A DNA stretch of 63,790 nt, the filler included, from Reclinomonas americana ATCC 50394 (lineage: Eukaryota): NCBI GenBank assembly GCA_048213135.1. It is 3 parts of 2 records of this genome, joined end to end, with 100 filler letters (N's around TTAATTAATTAA, not from the genome) between each part and the next. Parts side by side here need not be neighbours in the genome. Positions count along the whole stretch, not along the records: positions 1 to 30,192 come from PS015271.1; positions 30,293 to 52,573 come from PS015271.1; 1 more part is not named here. One strand, written 5' to 3'. The position numbers and the translations under genes were made by a program. Each line of letters starts with the position of its first letter. The first letter of the stretch is position 1. Below the pieces are notes generated by a model. The model ran no database searches, was not told where the DNA came from, and saw only the letters and a list, made by a program, of their open reading frames with translations. Below, piece by piece: positions 24,227 to 37,200 of this stretch.

Positions 24227-25712
24227 NNNNNNNNNNNNNNNNNNNNNNNNNNNNNNNNNNNNNNNNNNNNNNNNNNNNNNNNNNNNNNNNNNNNNNNNNN
24301 NNNNNNNNNNNNNNNNNNNNNNNNNNNNNNNNNNNNNNNNNNNNNNNNNNNNNNNNNNNNNNNNNNNNNNNNNNNNNNNNNNNNNNNNNNNNNNNNNNNN
24401 NNNNNNNNNNNNNNNNNNNNNNNNNNNNNNNNNNNNNNNNNNNNNNNNNNNNNNNNNNNNNNNNNNNNNNNNNNNNNNNNNNNNNNNNNNNNNNNNNNNN
24501 NNNNNNNNNNNNNNNNNNNNNNNNNNNNNNNNNNNNNNNNNNNNNNNNNNNNNNNNNNNNNNNNNNNNNNNNNNNNNNNNNNNNNNNNNNNNNNNNNNNN
24601 NNNNNNNNNNNNNNNNNNNNNNNNNNNNNNNNNNNNNNNNNNNNNNNNNNNNNNNNNNNNNNNNNNNNNNNNNNNNNNNNNNNNNNNNNNNNNNNNNNNN
24701 NNNNNNNNNNNNNNNNNNNNNNNNNNNNNNNNNNNNNNNNNNNNNNNNNNNNNNNNNNNNNNNNNNNNNNNNNNNNNNNNNNNNNNNNNNNNNNNNNNNN
24801 NNNNNNNNNNNNNNNNNNNNNNNNNNNNNNNNNNNNNNNNNNNNNNNNNNNNNNNNNNNNNNNNNNNNNNNNNNNNNNNNNNNNNNNNNNNNNNNNNNNN
24901 NNNNNNNNNNNNNNNNNNNNNNNNNNNNNNNNNNNNNNNNNNNNNNNNNNNNNNNNNNNNNNNNNNNNNNNNNNNNNNNNNNNNNNNNNNNNNNAAGGAG
25001 TTAGCAGGTCAAGCGGATATGGGGTGGGGAATACAGATAGGAGGGCGACACGGCGTCTCACTGACTGTGTGCGGCAGAACGTGTATACGCAAGAGAGTGA
25101 GTGAGTGAATGAGTGCGTGTGAGAAAGAACGAGTAAGTAGACGTGAGAGCGTGAGTGAGAGAGAGACATTGAGGTGAGTATCACACGTACCTTCCTCTCT
25201 CTCCCTCTCTCTCTCTCTCTGCACACACACACACAGAGGAATCACGACTGCAATGACAGTGGAACTCGAAAGAAAGGCAGAGTGATTTCTGCATGTGCGC
25301 GCTGCGGCAAGAGGAACAAGCCGGGCTCCATTCTCGCACTATGTGCTTGTGCACGCGTATTTGCATGAGTGTGTGTGTGCGTGTGTGTGTGTGTGTGAGA
25401 GAGAGTGTGTTTGAGGAACAAGAAAGACCCCCACTTCTCACGAACCCGGCGAGAGAAGAGGCGAGAGAATAAAAGAATCTGCAGAAAGTAACGAACGACG
25501 AGGGCCGCACCGAAGATGTCGTCATGCAAGAGGCCTCGAGAGCAAATCTGTTCTTGTGTCTTTTTGGACAAGTCTTGTCACGCGTCGTCGGGTCTGTCAC
25601 GAGTTGTCAAGTTGCTGGATGCGAGCTTGAGCTTCCATTCTGAGATGACATTCATATGGCTCGCGCTGTCCTATGCCGTGCTACAACCAAGCATTCACTA
25701 AAAAATGCTGCC

Positions 25713-27841
25713 ATGTCTTCCAAAAGACAGGTCTACATAACGAACAAGACAAATCCTGTCGACGTACAGTACAGCCCCCCACCACCACCGCCGCCCAAAC
25801 TTCCGCCACTTGCCTCCCCCAGCCCCCCTTCCTCTACCCACCACCACCACCTCCATTATTTTTATCCCGATTTCCGCGCTCAAATCACCAGCGAACGTGG
25901 CAACTGAAAAACGAATTTTAACCGTACGTTTTCTCAATTACAGTTTTCAGCATTTTGCGAGAAAAGACAAGCCGCCTTCTCGCTTTCGTTAGTCGCCGAC
26001 GCAGTCACACGCACAACACATCTCCCCATTCATCACGACGTCGACTCCACGGCGCCAGTCCCCTTGCAAGACTCCGCGGCAACAACAACAACAGCAGCCG
26101 AATCCTTTGCCTCCAGTAACCCCGCGCAAGGCACCAACCGCCAGTCCGCGCAAGCCCGCCAACACAGGCGCATCCCCGCGGCGCATGGTGAGTCACTGAT
26201 GAGAGAGAGCGGGAGGGAAGCGAAGAGTTGACACTGACTTTTTACATGTGGTTTGATTGGTTGGTTACAGCCGCAAGAAGTTGGCAATCGACGCCCCTCA
26301 GCGTCGCTCTTTCGCGGCGCCGCTGATGTTGCTCGCGGATCGGCGTACTCGCGCGCCGTGGACTCGTCTCCGCCGGACGGACGGCTCGCGCAGAACCAGC
26401 AAACGATTCGCCAGTTGACGACACCGCCGCCTCCGCCTCCGCCGCCTTCCAAGAGCACAGTGGTGCCTTTGCCTGCACTGGGCGGCGGTCCTGCTGCTGC
26501 TTCGTGTCCTCCGCCTCCTCCTCCGCCTGCTGCGCATGATCACCCGCCAGTGCGTCCTTCGTCGCGTTTGGCCGTCGGGAGTGGAGGACACTTGGGCTCG
26601 GCGTCGCTCGACGAGCAGATCCTGCAGCGACTGCTGCAGGAGCCCAAGTATGCGCCTCTGCGTGATGCAAGCAGTGCTTCTGCGAATGGCGACAACTCGT
26701 TTTCGTCGTCAGCGGCGATGCAGACGTTGCAGAAGCGTATTTCGGCGGCGACATTGTTCCGAGCCATGGACGAGGCGCGATCTCGCGAGTCGACTTCAAC
26801 GACAACGACGACGACGACGACGTCGACAACAGCAGCTGCTGTGAGCAAACTGGTGGCTGGTACACTGGAGGCGGGCGTTGCGCGGAATCGGGAGGTGCAG
26901 TTGGAGGACGGACTGCGATCGCTGATGGACGCGGGTGTCACACTGGCCCGCAACCCCCTCGTCAACCACTCTCGTGTCGAGCCGCTGCCTATCGGCGGCG
27001 GCATTGTCAGCAGCCTCTCGTCGTCTCCCAATCAGTCACCCGCGACCTCGCCGAGAAGGAAGAGCGGCACCGCTGGTGCTTTGCCTCCTGTCGCGCCTCC
27101 CAATCGCCCACACAACGCCAAGGACACGCTGCTGCTGCTGCAGGATGAGAGGTGAGACTTGTTTGGGAGAAGGCGTTCTCTTTCTCCCTCATTGTTGTTG
27201 CTCACTTCTCCCTTGCCTCACACAACAGGAAACCGACTGCCGCACTGCCGACAAAGCGCGATCCGTTGTGCTCGATTGGCGCAACTCTGGCCGCCTGCGA
27301 GGGCGTCTCGGCACCGGTGTCGCGCTGCCACTCGCCCGAGTCGGAGGCTGCGGTGACCGACAGCTCAGATGCGCCGCACAAGCACGCAGCCTTTGACGAC
27401 TTTGACGCTCACACCACCACCGCCACCGCGATGGACAATGGCAGTGCACCGCCGACTCACCGCTCGCTGATGCAAGACGCAGACGCCGCGGTTGCCGCGG
27501 CCGTGGCGGCCGCCTCGGCGCTCTTTGATGGACCGAGCGCGGTGCAGAATGCGCTCATTCAGGCGGCGCGCAAGGCCGACGGCGGCGGCGACGACTCGCG
27601 CCGCAAGAGCGTGGTGGCTTCGGACTACTTCAAGCAGCTGGACGAGAAGCGCGAGCAGGAGCGCATGGCCAAGGCGCAGCTCAGCATGCGGCTCCGTCAG
27701 CGACGCGAGAGCATCACGGCAGAGGCGTATGGCGCCATGCCGTCGCCGCGCACGCCACGCGACAGCAAGCCACCGGTGCCTCTGCTGCAGCGTGCGGCCG
27801 CCGGCACCGGATCGAAGAGGAGTGTGAAGAGGGAGAGTTAA
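25713..27841 (+). CDS. Hypothetical low-complexity Ser/Pro/Ala-rich protein; approximate exons 25713-25730, 25993-26187, 26271-27151, 27229-27841
   Basis: GT-AG-linked open frames with coding-like GC content; many SP/TP-basic sites (TPRK, SPRK, SPRR); short charged helix DYFKQLDEKREQERMAKAQLSMRLRQRRES. No recognisable domain. Confidence 0.6.
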
Positions 27842-27944
27842 AGGGGGGTGAAGAGAAAAGGGAAAGGGAAGGGACTGTAATGAAGATGTTTTCTTGACGG
27901 AGATGGAAGGGCTCATAAAAAACAAAACACTTTCGGAGCACGCA

Positions 27945-28086
27945 AGGAACAGCTGCAGCTAGCGCTGCCTCAAGATTGATCTCAAGATTGGTGTCTGTGT
28001 TGATCTTTTGCAATTGGATACGGTTGAACTTGGCCATCATGGCAGCTGTTGCTTGTTTGTTGGTGAATGGATTTGTTGTTGTTGTT
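27945..28086 (-). repeat. Inverted copy of the dispersed intergenic repeat (matches 55262-55375)
   Basis: The reverse complement reads aacaacaa..cattcaccaacaaacaagcaacagctgccatgatggccaagttcaaccgtatccaa..atcaacacagacaccaatcttgag..gcagc..gttccttg, closely matching 55262-55375. Confidence 0.85.
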
Positions 28087-28404
28087 CACCACATTCCAAT
28101 AATGCAACAAACGCCCACAAATCCCAATCAGCAATGCCGACGCGAATCCAAAACTGACTGCGTAGAAATTCGGCAATTCCTCTGTCGCTGCGAGGCCGAA
28201 TCAGCTCTCTTTGCATTCAGCCTTCGCGTGATCCATGCGTTTCGCCTTCTCGGAGACAACTTCGAAAATGAGTGCATTGTCCTCCACCACGTGTCCCACA
28301 GCATCCTCTCACTCCGCGCGTTATCCCCGCACATACACACACATCTCGGCCTTTACGTGTGTGTTTGTGCCTCTATATTCCCGTTTGTGTTATCCGCCAC
28401 CACC

Positions 28405-28616
28405 ATGAAATGGAGCAAGTTTTTGCGTCGCCAAGCGGCGGCCATGTCATCGCAGCAATCTGCCCAACAACAGCAGAATGAGGGCAGTGGCAGCAGTGGC
28501 AAGTCGGTCCATTCAGTGAACGAGGCCTCTGGTTCAAGTGCGTTGGCGACGCGCTTTTTGGTGTCGTATGATGCGCTCAAGGCGATTGTCAAGTCCGCGC
28601 GATTGCAAGGTCAGTG

Positions 28617-28651
<35 letters not shown>

Positions 28652-31600
28652 GAGAGAGGAGGAGAGAGAGAGAAGAAGAGAGGAGGTGTGAGAGAGAGAA
28701 GAGAGTAGAGAGAGAGAGAGNNNNNNNNNNNNNNNNNNNNCCCTCACTCGCTCACTCCTTCCCTCCCTCCTTCCCTCCCTCCTTCCCTCCCTCCTTCCCT
28801 CCCTCCTTCCCTCCCTCCTTCCCTCCCTCCTTCCCTCCCTCCTTCCCTCCCTCCTTCCCTCCCTCCTTCCCTCCCTCTTCCTCCCTCCTTCCCTCCTCCC
28901 TCCTCTCTCCCCTCCAATCCCCTCGTCTCTCTTCCCTCTCTCTCTCCCCTCCCGCTTCCCTCAACCCCCCTCTCTCCCCTTCTTTCGCTCAGTGTCTCGC
29001 TCCCCTTCTTTCGCTCAGTGTCTCGCTCGTCACTTGATCACCTTTCGCGCGTCCTTGCTTGCCTGATTACATCACCTGCAGCGTGCTTCATACGCTTCTC
29101 GTCTTCTTCTTCATCGACCTGTCTCAGTTGGTCTTGTGTGATATCTTACTCATCTTTTTCTCCTTCCGCTGCACAGACGATGCATCACGCATGACGAGTG
29201 ACTTCATGCGGACTCTGCGGCGCGAGGTGGACGATGCCGATGAGTTGTACCGTGCCGAGTTGTTGCGATTGTCGGCGCGCTTGGATCAGTTCGAGAAGCG
29301 TTGCGAGGAGGTGAGTGGGTTTAATGATTTTATGGAGGGTTGGCAATTTGCTTCTATCGCTCTTTCTCTCTCTCTCGCTCTGTTGCTCTCGCTCTCAGTC
29401 GCTCTTGCTATCGCGCTTGCTCTGTCGATCTTGCTCTTGTCGCTCTTGCTCTGTCGCTCTGTCGCTCTTGTCGCTCTTGCTCTTGTCGCTCTTGCTCTTG
29501 TCGCTCTTGCTCTTGTCGCTCTTGCTCTTGTCGCTCTTGCTCTTGTCGCTCTTGCTCTTGTCGCTCTTGCTCTTGTCGCTCTTGCTCTTGTCGCTCTTGC
29601 TCTTGTCGCTCTTGCTCTGTCGCCCTTCCCTCACTTTGTCGCGCTTCCCCACACCTTTCTTTTCTTTCTCCCCGCCCCCACCCTTCTCCTCCTCCCCTCC
29701 CTTCTACCCTCTCTTCTCCCTGTCCTTCTCCCTTCTCCCCCCCTTCTCCCCTTCTCCCCCCTTCTCCCTTCTCACCACCCTTCTCCCCTATTGTAGATCC
29801 TCCACTCGAGCACCACCCGCGCCTCCACCACCCGCCGCCTCCGCCACACCGCCCAGACACTGGAGCGTGAGCTCTCCTCGCTCCGCCTCTTTGCCGAGTT
29901 CAACTGCGAGTCGGTGCGCAAGGCGTGCAAGAAGCTGGACAAGTGCCTCCTGCGCCTCGAGCGTCTCAACGCCGACGCCGTCGACGCCGCCGGCGCTCCT
30001 TCTGCTGCCGCCGCCCCCTCGTCGACGGCGCCAGTGCCGTGGTCTCTCGGCCTCTCGGTCTCACTGTCGCCGGCCGCCAGTTCCGCCGCGCCGGCAGCCA
30101 ATCGCCGTTGCCAGCAGGCGCTGTCGACGGCCTCATTTTCCTCCTCCGACAATCTCCTGGAGCTGATTGCGCGCGTGGGCTCGTTGCGCGCGNNNNNNNN
30201 NNNNNNNNNNNNNNNNNNNNNNNNNNNNNNNNNNNNTTAATTAATTAANNNNNNNNNNNNNNNNNNNNNNNNNNNNNNNNNNNNNNNNNNNNCGCATCGA
30301 CGCCGACAGCCTGCGCATTCACGAAAAGGCGGAGCAGCAAGAGTCGTCGTCGATTCGCCGTTTCCTGCTGTGCACGGCGGTGTTGTCGTCGCTCTTCCAT
30401 TTCATGTTGCCGGAGGTGTCGGTTAGTGATCAAGGGCGCTCTTTGCTTCTGTAGTGATTACTCACCTTTGTGTCCCCCTCGCGCAGCTCTCGCTCCTGGG
30501 CGCCGCCACGCACACCTTTATGGTCTACGTCATGTACCACTTGAACATGCGTCGCGTGCACGTGCGCCAGCTCTTCCAGGCCACGGCCGTGCTTGCTCGC
30601 TTCGCATTCCACCGCCACGTGCGCCGCCAGCATGCGACCGCCATTCCCGCGCCGCTCCACCCGACCGAGGTGCACGTCACCACGTTCTTCTCGTACCTGC
30701 CGCTCAACTTCTTGTCCAAGGCGTGGGGNNNNNNNNNNNNNNNNNNNNNNNNNNNNNNNNNNNNNNNNNNNNNNNNNNNNNNNNNNNNNNNNNNNNNNNN
30801 NNNNNNNNNNNNNNNNNNNNNNNNNNNNNNNNNNNNNNNNNNNNNNNNNNNNNNNNNNNNNNNNNNNNNNNNNNNNNNNNNNNNNNNNNNNNNNNNNNNN
30901 NNNNNNNNNNNNNNNNNNNNNNNNNNNNNNNNNNNNNNNNNNNNNNNNNNNNNNNNNNNNNNNNNNNNNNNNNNNNNNNNNNNNNNNNNNNNNNNNNNNN
31001 NNNNNNNNNNNNNNNNNNNNNNNNNNNNNNNNNNNNNNNNNNNNNNNNNNNNNNNNNNNNNNNNNNNNNNNNNNNNNNNNNNNNNNNNNNNNNNNNNNNN
31101 NNNNNNNNNNNNNNNNNNNNNNNNNNNNNNNNNNNNNNNNNNNNNNNNNNNNNNNNNNNNNNNNNNNNNNNNNNNNNNNNNNNNNNNNNNNNNNNNNNNN
31201 NNNNNNNNNNNNNNNNNNNNNNNNNNNNNNNNNNNNNNNNNNNNNNNNNNNNNNNNNNNNNNNNNNNNNNNNNNNNNNNNNNNNNNNNNNNNNNNNNNNN
31301 NNNNNNNNNNNNNNNNNNNNNNNNNNNNNNNNNNNNNNNNNNNNNNNNNNNNNNNNNNNNNNNNNNNNNNNNNNNNNNNNNNNNNNNNNNNNNNNNNNNN
31401 NNNNNNNNNNNNNNNNNNNNTGCGCTGCACAAGGTGCGCTTGCCCAAGTGGGTGCGCAAGCCGCTGTACACTGTGTGGTGAGTGGGAGGTGGAAGAGGGT
31501 GGTGTGGGTGGGTCACATTCTCTTTCCTGGGGTTTCCTCCTCACGCGTCTTGATGAAGAAAGCGCACACACTCATTTCCAAGTCACCTATTCGCTAGCCT

Positions 31601-33966
31601 CGTCACTCTCTCTCTCTCATTCCTTCTCTGCATGCTGTGACCTACGCCGACGTGCTCCTCGCTCCTCTTTTGCTCATACTTCTCGATGTGCGCGTTGCTG
31701 CTCCGTGTCACGTGCTTTGCTCACGTGTTCTTTTCACGTTCATTGCTGCGCTTGACTTCGATTTCTGGACTTCATTCCGCCATATCTGCGTTGCGAGCTT
31801 TTGCCGCCCTGATGCTTTCATTGCGCTCTTCTGTTGCTCTTCTCCCTCGGGTTTCTCGCTTCGCCTCTCTCCTGCACTGGATCACTCGAATTGCTGTGCC
31901 CACCTCCGCACTGCTCGCTTCGTGCACTATTTGCCTCTCCTGCTCTTCTTCCCCATGCTTCACTCTTCGCTGCACTCCTTCTCTTTCGCTCCACCACCCT
32001 GTCGTCTATCTACTCACCACCCGGCCTCCTCTTTGTCTCATAGGTGCACTGTTCTCGGCACCGACATTGACGAATGCCGCTACCCGCTGGAGACCTACGC
32101 CAATCTCGGCGAGTTCTTCTGCCGCCCGCTCAAGGACGGTGTGCGTCCCATTGGTGAGACTTCGCTGGTCAGCCCGGTGGACTCGCGTGTGGTGTCGTGC
32201 GGCGAGGTGCAGGGCGACAGACTAGATCAAATCAAGGGTCTGTCGTACTCGCTGTCCCAGTTCCTCGGTCTGCACAACAAGGTGGACGAGGACGACGATG
32301 AGATGGAGGACGAGCCGGCGCGCGCCGATTCGCCAACATTGTCGGACGAGTCTGCGANNNNNNNNNNNNNNNNNNNNNNNNNNNNNNNNNNNNNNNNNNN
32401 NNNNNNNNNNNNNNNNNNNNNNNNNNNNNNNNNNNNNNNNNNNNNNNNNNNNNNNNNNNNNNNNNNNNNNNNNNNNNNNNNNNNNNNNNNNNNNNNNNNN
32501 NNNNNNNNNNNNNNNNNNNNNNNNNNNNNNNNNNNNNNNNNNNNNNNNNNNNNNNNNNNNNNNNNNNNNNNNNNNNNNNNNNNNNNNNNNNNNNNNNNNN
32601 NNNNNNNNNNNNNNNNNNNNNNNNNNNNNNNNNNNNNNNNNNNNNNNNNNNNNNNNNNNNNNNNNNNNNNNNNNNNNNNNNNNNNNNNNNNNNNNNNNNN
32701 NNNNNNNNNNNNNNNNNNNNNNNNNNNNNNNNNNNNNNNNNNNNNNNNNNNNNNNNNNNNNNNNNNNNNNNNNNNNNNNNNNNNNNNNNNNNNNNNNNNN
32801 NNNNNNNNNNNNNNNNNNNNNNNNNNNNNNNNNNNNNNNNNNNNNNNNNNNNNNNNNNNNNNNNNNNNNNNNNNNNNNNNNNNNNNNNNNNNNNNNNNNN
32901 NNNNNNNNNNNNNNNNNNNNNNNNNNNNNNNNNNNNNNNNNNNNNNNNNNNNNNNNNNNNNNNNNNNNNNNNNNNNNNNNNNNNNNNNNNNNNNNNNNNN
33001 NNNNNNNNNNNNNNNNNNNNNNNNNNNNNNNNNNNNNNNNNNNNNNNNNNNNNNNNNNNNNNNNNNNNNNNNNNNNNNNNNNNNNNNNNNNNNNNNNNNN
33101 NNNNNNNNNNNNNNNNNNNNNCCTTCTCCCCTTTCCCCTTCTCTCTCCCTTCTCCTCCCTTCTCCTCCCTTCTCTCTCCCTTGTCCTCCCTTCTCTCTCC
33201 CTTCTCCTCCCTTCTCTCTCCCTTGTCCTCCCTTCTCTCTCCCTTCTCCTCCCTTCTCCTCCCTTTCCCCCTTCTCCTTTTCCCTTCCCCCTTCCCCCTT
33301 TCTTCCCTCACATCCCCCTTTTCCTCACTTCCCCCTCTTAGCCCCCCGCGACACCGCCACCCGCCTTCTTGGCGCCCGCGCCCTCGCCGAAGGCAAGAAG
33401 CTCTTCCAAATCGTGCTCTACCTGGCCCCCGGCGACTACCACCGCATTCACTCACCATCCGACTGGCTGATTGAGAACCGCGTGCACTTCCCCGGCGCCC
33501 TGCTGCCCGTCAACCCGCCCTTTGTGGGCCTGGTGCCGAATGTGTTTTCGGTGAACGAGCGTGTGGCGCTCACTGGCCGCTGGGACCAGGGCTTCTTCTC
33601 ACTCACCGCCGTCGGCGCCTACAATGTCGGCTCCATTGTGCTGTCGTTTGACAAGGTTTGTGTGGGAGCATGTGATGAAGCACCACCATCGGTTCCGCTG
33701 TCCTTGTTCCTCACTGCCTACGTTCACAGGAAGTGGAGACCAACAAGAGCTGGCTGCAGCCGGGCAAGAAGGTGATGAATCCGTACGGACCCGGCACCTC
33801 GTACGAGCGCAACTTCCCCACCGGTATCTCGGTGGAGAAGGGCGAGGACATTGCGCACTTCCGCCTGGGTTCGACGGTGGTCCTCGTGTTCGCCGCCGAC
33901 GCCCGCACCGAGTTCGCCGTCAAGGTCGGCGACAAGGTGCGCATGGGCCAGCCGCTGCTGCGCTGA
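28405..33966 (+). CDS. PSD: SPX domain, two hydrophobic segments, then phosphatidylserine decarboxylase proenzyme (LGST type)
   Basis: SPX exons: 28405-28609 (MKWSKFLRRQ...VSYDALKAIVK), 29177-29310 (FMRTLRREVDDADELYRAELLRL), 29797-30192 (LRLFAEFNCESVRKACKKLDK...FSSSDNLLELIARV). PSD exons: LPLNFLSKAWG, LPKWVRKPLY, YANLGEFFCRPLKDGVRPI, VSPVDSRV, QIKGLSYSL, YLAPGDYHRIHSP, VNERVAL, VGAYNVGSI, FRLGSTVVLVF (LGST 33865-33876), KVRMGQPL. Each domain is high confidence; the fusion crosses an assembly linker. Confidence 0.85.
28755..28875 (+). repeat. (CCTTCCCTCCCT)n 12-bp intronic minisatellite
   Basis: Direct reading. Confidence 0.9.
29420..29620 (+). repeat. (GCTCTTGTCGCTCTT)n 15-bp intronic minisatellite
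   Basis: Direct reading; it produces spurious ALVAL and QERQE ORFs. Confidence 0.9.
30193..30292. other. Artificial scaffold linker N44-TTAATTAATTAA-N44
   Basis: Exactly 100 bp with a central all-frame stop palindrome; the same structure occurs at 52574-52673. Confidence 0.95.
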
Positions 33967-34285
33967 TCCGTGCTTGTTTACTTGCGTATGTATAAGAGTG
34001 TTGTTTGCGTTTGTTCCTTTTTTATATAATGGCCGAGCTCTGTGTGTGTGTGTGTTTCTCTCTCTAAAAAGTTGTTTGCAATAAGTGTTGCGTTGTGTCA
34101 GTCGGCAATGAAAATTTGTGCCGATCTGCCCGCATCGGAAAAACTGCCACAGTTGTTCTTTCTTTTTGCAGAATTTTTGCGAGGATCTCGGTCAAGTTGT
34201 CTGCGCCAAGCACGCGCACGCACGCTCACTCTTCCACCCTCTTTCTCTGCTCGGGTTTCTCTCTCCCGTGTCCTTTGCGTGTGGC

Positions 34286-37200
34286 ATGAGTTACTTGCCG
34301 AACCCGCTGTATGCTGGCGCCGGCTTTCACGTGGAGGACTCGGGTGTGTTGCACGAGGTGTTTGGCCTGATTGCCGCAGGTCAGTGCGCACGCTCCCCTC
34401 GGTACGAGGGAGGAGAAGCGCTCACTCGCGTGGACACACAGAGGGCGCGTCGGAGGAGACGCTAGAATACGTACGACGATTCTCGTTGCTGAAAATCGCC
34501 ACCGAGTGGCTGTGGCCGGCCATCGACACGCTGTACAGACCAACGTCGGCCGTCACTACCACCACCACTAGCAGCAGTACGACGACAACGGCGACCACCA
34601 GCAGTACGAGTCTGTCTCAGCGTAATCGTGGATCATTGTCATCGCGTGTTCCTCCGTCGTCATCCCGCAGTCTGTCGACGCGCCTGGTTGGCTTGTCGCC
34701 GCCGATACTGGAGGTGAAGGAATCGCAGAGAGCTGGCGTTGTGGAAAGTGTGGCGGCCATCTTGCGTGCCTTTTGCGCAGTTGCGTGAGTGTGGGTGACA
34801 CAGTCGGAAAATGAGTAGTGTGGGGAAGAATATTGCTAACAGCGAACGACGACGACGTGTGTCGACATTTCCCTGTTTGTGCAGATTCTGGAAAACCCTT
34901 CAGCTGACGACCTCGCCGGTCAAGTGTTGCAGATGTTTGCGCCACCCAACACCACCATTCCGCGTCTATGGCCGCTGTTGCACTCGTTGCGTCTTTGTTT
35001 TGTCTTCCCCCCACGTACTTTTGGGTTTCTGACGAACACATGACAGACGGCATGCGAGTGTCGATCGACACGCCGCCTTTCGCCTGCTCGGTCTGCTGTG
35101 CATCAAGCACTCGACACTGGCGGCCGAGTGCACGCTCGAGGGCCTGCTCGTGCGCTGCGGGTTGGATGTGCACTTGGCGCGCGCTGAGACTCGCACCGCG
35201 GCTTTCACGTTTGCGCTGCTGCGGGAGCTGATTGACCTCGGGTGTGACCGACTCGTGCACCTGTTCTTGCCGGCGCTGCGGGAGGCTGCAGTGGAGCTCA
35301 ACACGTGCACCGCCGCCGACGCCGGTCGCGCGCAGTCGAACAATTCGCTGGCCAATTTGGAGCCGGAGTGGAGTTTGCACGTGCGCGAGGCCGCCAAGCT
35401 GCTGCTGTTGCATATTGTGGAGCAGCGCGATGAGACGAGTGAGGTGGGTAATGAGGGAAAGGGTAAGGAGGGTAGTGAGGGAAAGGGATATGAGGGTAGT
35501 GAGGGAAAGGGGTATGAGGGAAAGGGAATGAGGGCAAGGGAAGGGATGGGAACAAGAGATCAGGGGAGGGAAATCGAGAAAGAATACGATTGCAGGGGAT
35601 GGGAAGATGCAGAAATTGGGCTAAGTGGGACGATGGAAGAAGAAAAGATTGCAATGAGTGAAGAGCTGGGAAGGATGAATATGGGAAGGAAGAGAAGGGG
35701 TGCTGAATGGAGACGGAAAGAAGACAGTGATAGGGATGTGTGAGAGAAAAAGGAAACGACGAGAGGAAGATGATGGAACGGGAATCGAGGAGAGGGGAAG
35801 CAAGAAATGATAGCTGCACGGAAGAGAAAACCGAGGGCGACAGGAAGGATGGAGGAGGGAAGATGAGATGTGCGAAGACAGGGGATCAGTGAAGAACGGG
35901 AATAAGATGGAGTGGGAAGCAAGGGGGAATGAGTGAAAGAGAAGACAATTTGTAGAAGGACCAGTGGGGAAGGGAAGGTTGAGATGAATGGAGACAGGGG
36001 ATCAGTGAAGAACGGGAAGAAGATTGAGGGGGAAGCAAGGGGACGGGAATGTTTAGAAGAATGAGGCCCATGAATGAGAGACCTTGCCGCACATGGATGA
36101 GATGAATTCAACGTCTTCTGCTCTTTTGCTCTTCTTACACCCACCGTCATGTCATTCTCAATCCCCTTTCTCTTTCCCCGTTCTACAGTCCACCCGCAAG
36201 GATTTCCTGCTGGAGTTGGCGATGCAGTTCCCGATGGTCGCTGTTGCAGACTCCATGCATGAATTGCGGCTGTCTCTTGGGACTGGTGAGCTCAGATCAA
36301 AGGCGACAGTGCTGTTGCTGGCGACTCACCGTGCGCTCTGCTGCAGGCTCAAGTTCAAATACCACAGAATGGGACGAGTTCATGTCACTTGTGACGATGG
36401 TGAGTCCTCTTTACTGTCCTCGNNNNNNNNNNNNNNNNNNNNNNNNNNNNNNNNNNNNNNNNNNNNNNNNNNNNNNNNNNNNNNNNNNNNNNNNNNNNNN
36501 NNNNNNNNNNNNNNNNNNNNNNNNNNNNNNNNNNNNNNNNNNNNNNNNNNNNNNNNNNNNNNNNNNNNNNNNNNNNNNNNNNNNNNNNNNNNNNNNNNNN
36601 NNNNNNNNNNNNNNNNNNNNNNNNNNNNNNNNNNNNNNNNNNNNNNNNNNNNNNNNNNNNNNNNNNNNNNNNNNNNNNNNNNNNNNNNNNNNNNNNNNNN
36701 NNNNNNNNNNNNNNNNNNNNNNNNNNNNNNNNNNNNNNNNNNNNNNNNNNNNNNNNNNNNNNNNNNNNNNNNNNNNNNNNNNNNNNNNNNNNNNNNNNNN
36801 NNNNNNNNNNNNNNNNNNNNNNNNNNNNNNNNNNNNNNNNNNNNNNNNNNNNNNNNNNNNNNNNNNNNNNNNNNNNNNNNNNNNNNNNNNNNNNNNNNNN
36901 NNNNNNNNNNNNNNNNNNNNNNNNNNNNNNNNNNNNNNNNNNNNNNNNNNNNNNNNNNNNNNNNNNNNNNNNNNNNNNNNNNNNNNNNNNNNNNNNNNNN
37001 NNNNNNNNNNNNNNNNNNNNNNNNNNNNNNNNNNNNNNNNNNNNNNNNNNNNNNNNNNNNNNNNNNNNNNNNNNNNNNNNNNNNNNNNNNNNNNNNNNNN
37101 NNNNNNNNNNNNNNNNNNNNNNNNNNNNNNNNNNNNNNNNNNNNNNNNNNNNNNNNNNNNNNNNNNNNNNNNNNNNNNNNNNNCCCTTCCCTCCCTCCCT

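Noticed and set aside
29059-29796. Leu/Ala/Val-rich membrane protein ORF
   Set aside because: The hydrophobic run is a 15-bp intronic minisatellite; only 29177-29310 is a real (SPX) exon.
30237-30248. TTAATTAATTAA palindrome as a biological site (also 52618-52629)
   Set aside because: It is centred in identical 100-bp N pads and gives stops in all six frames, so it is an assembly spacer.
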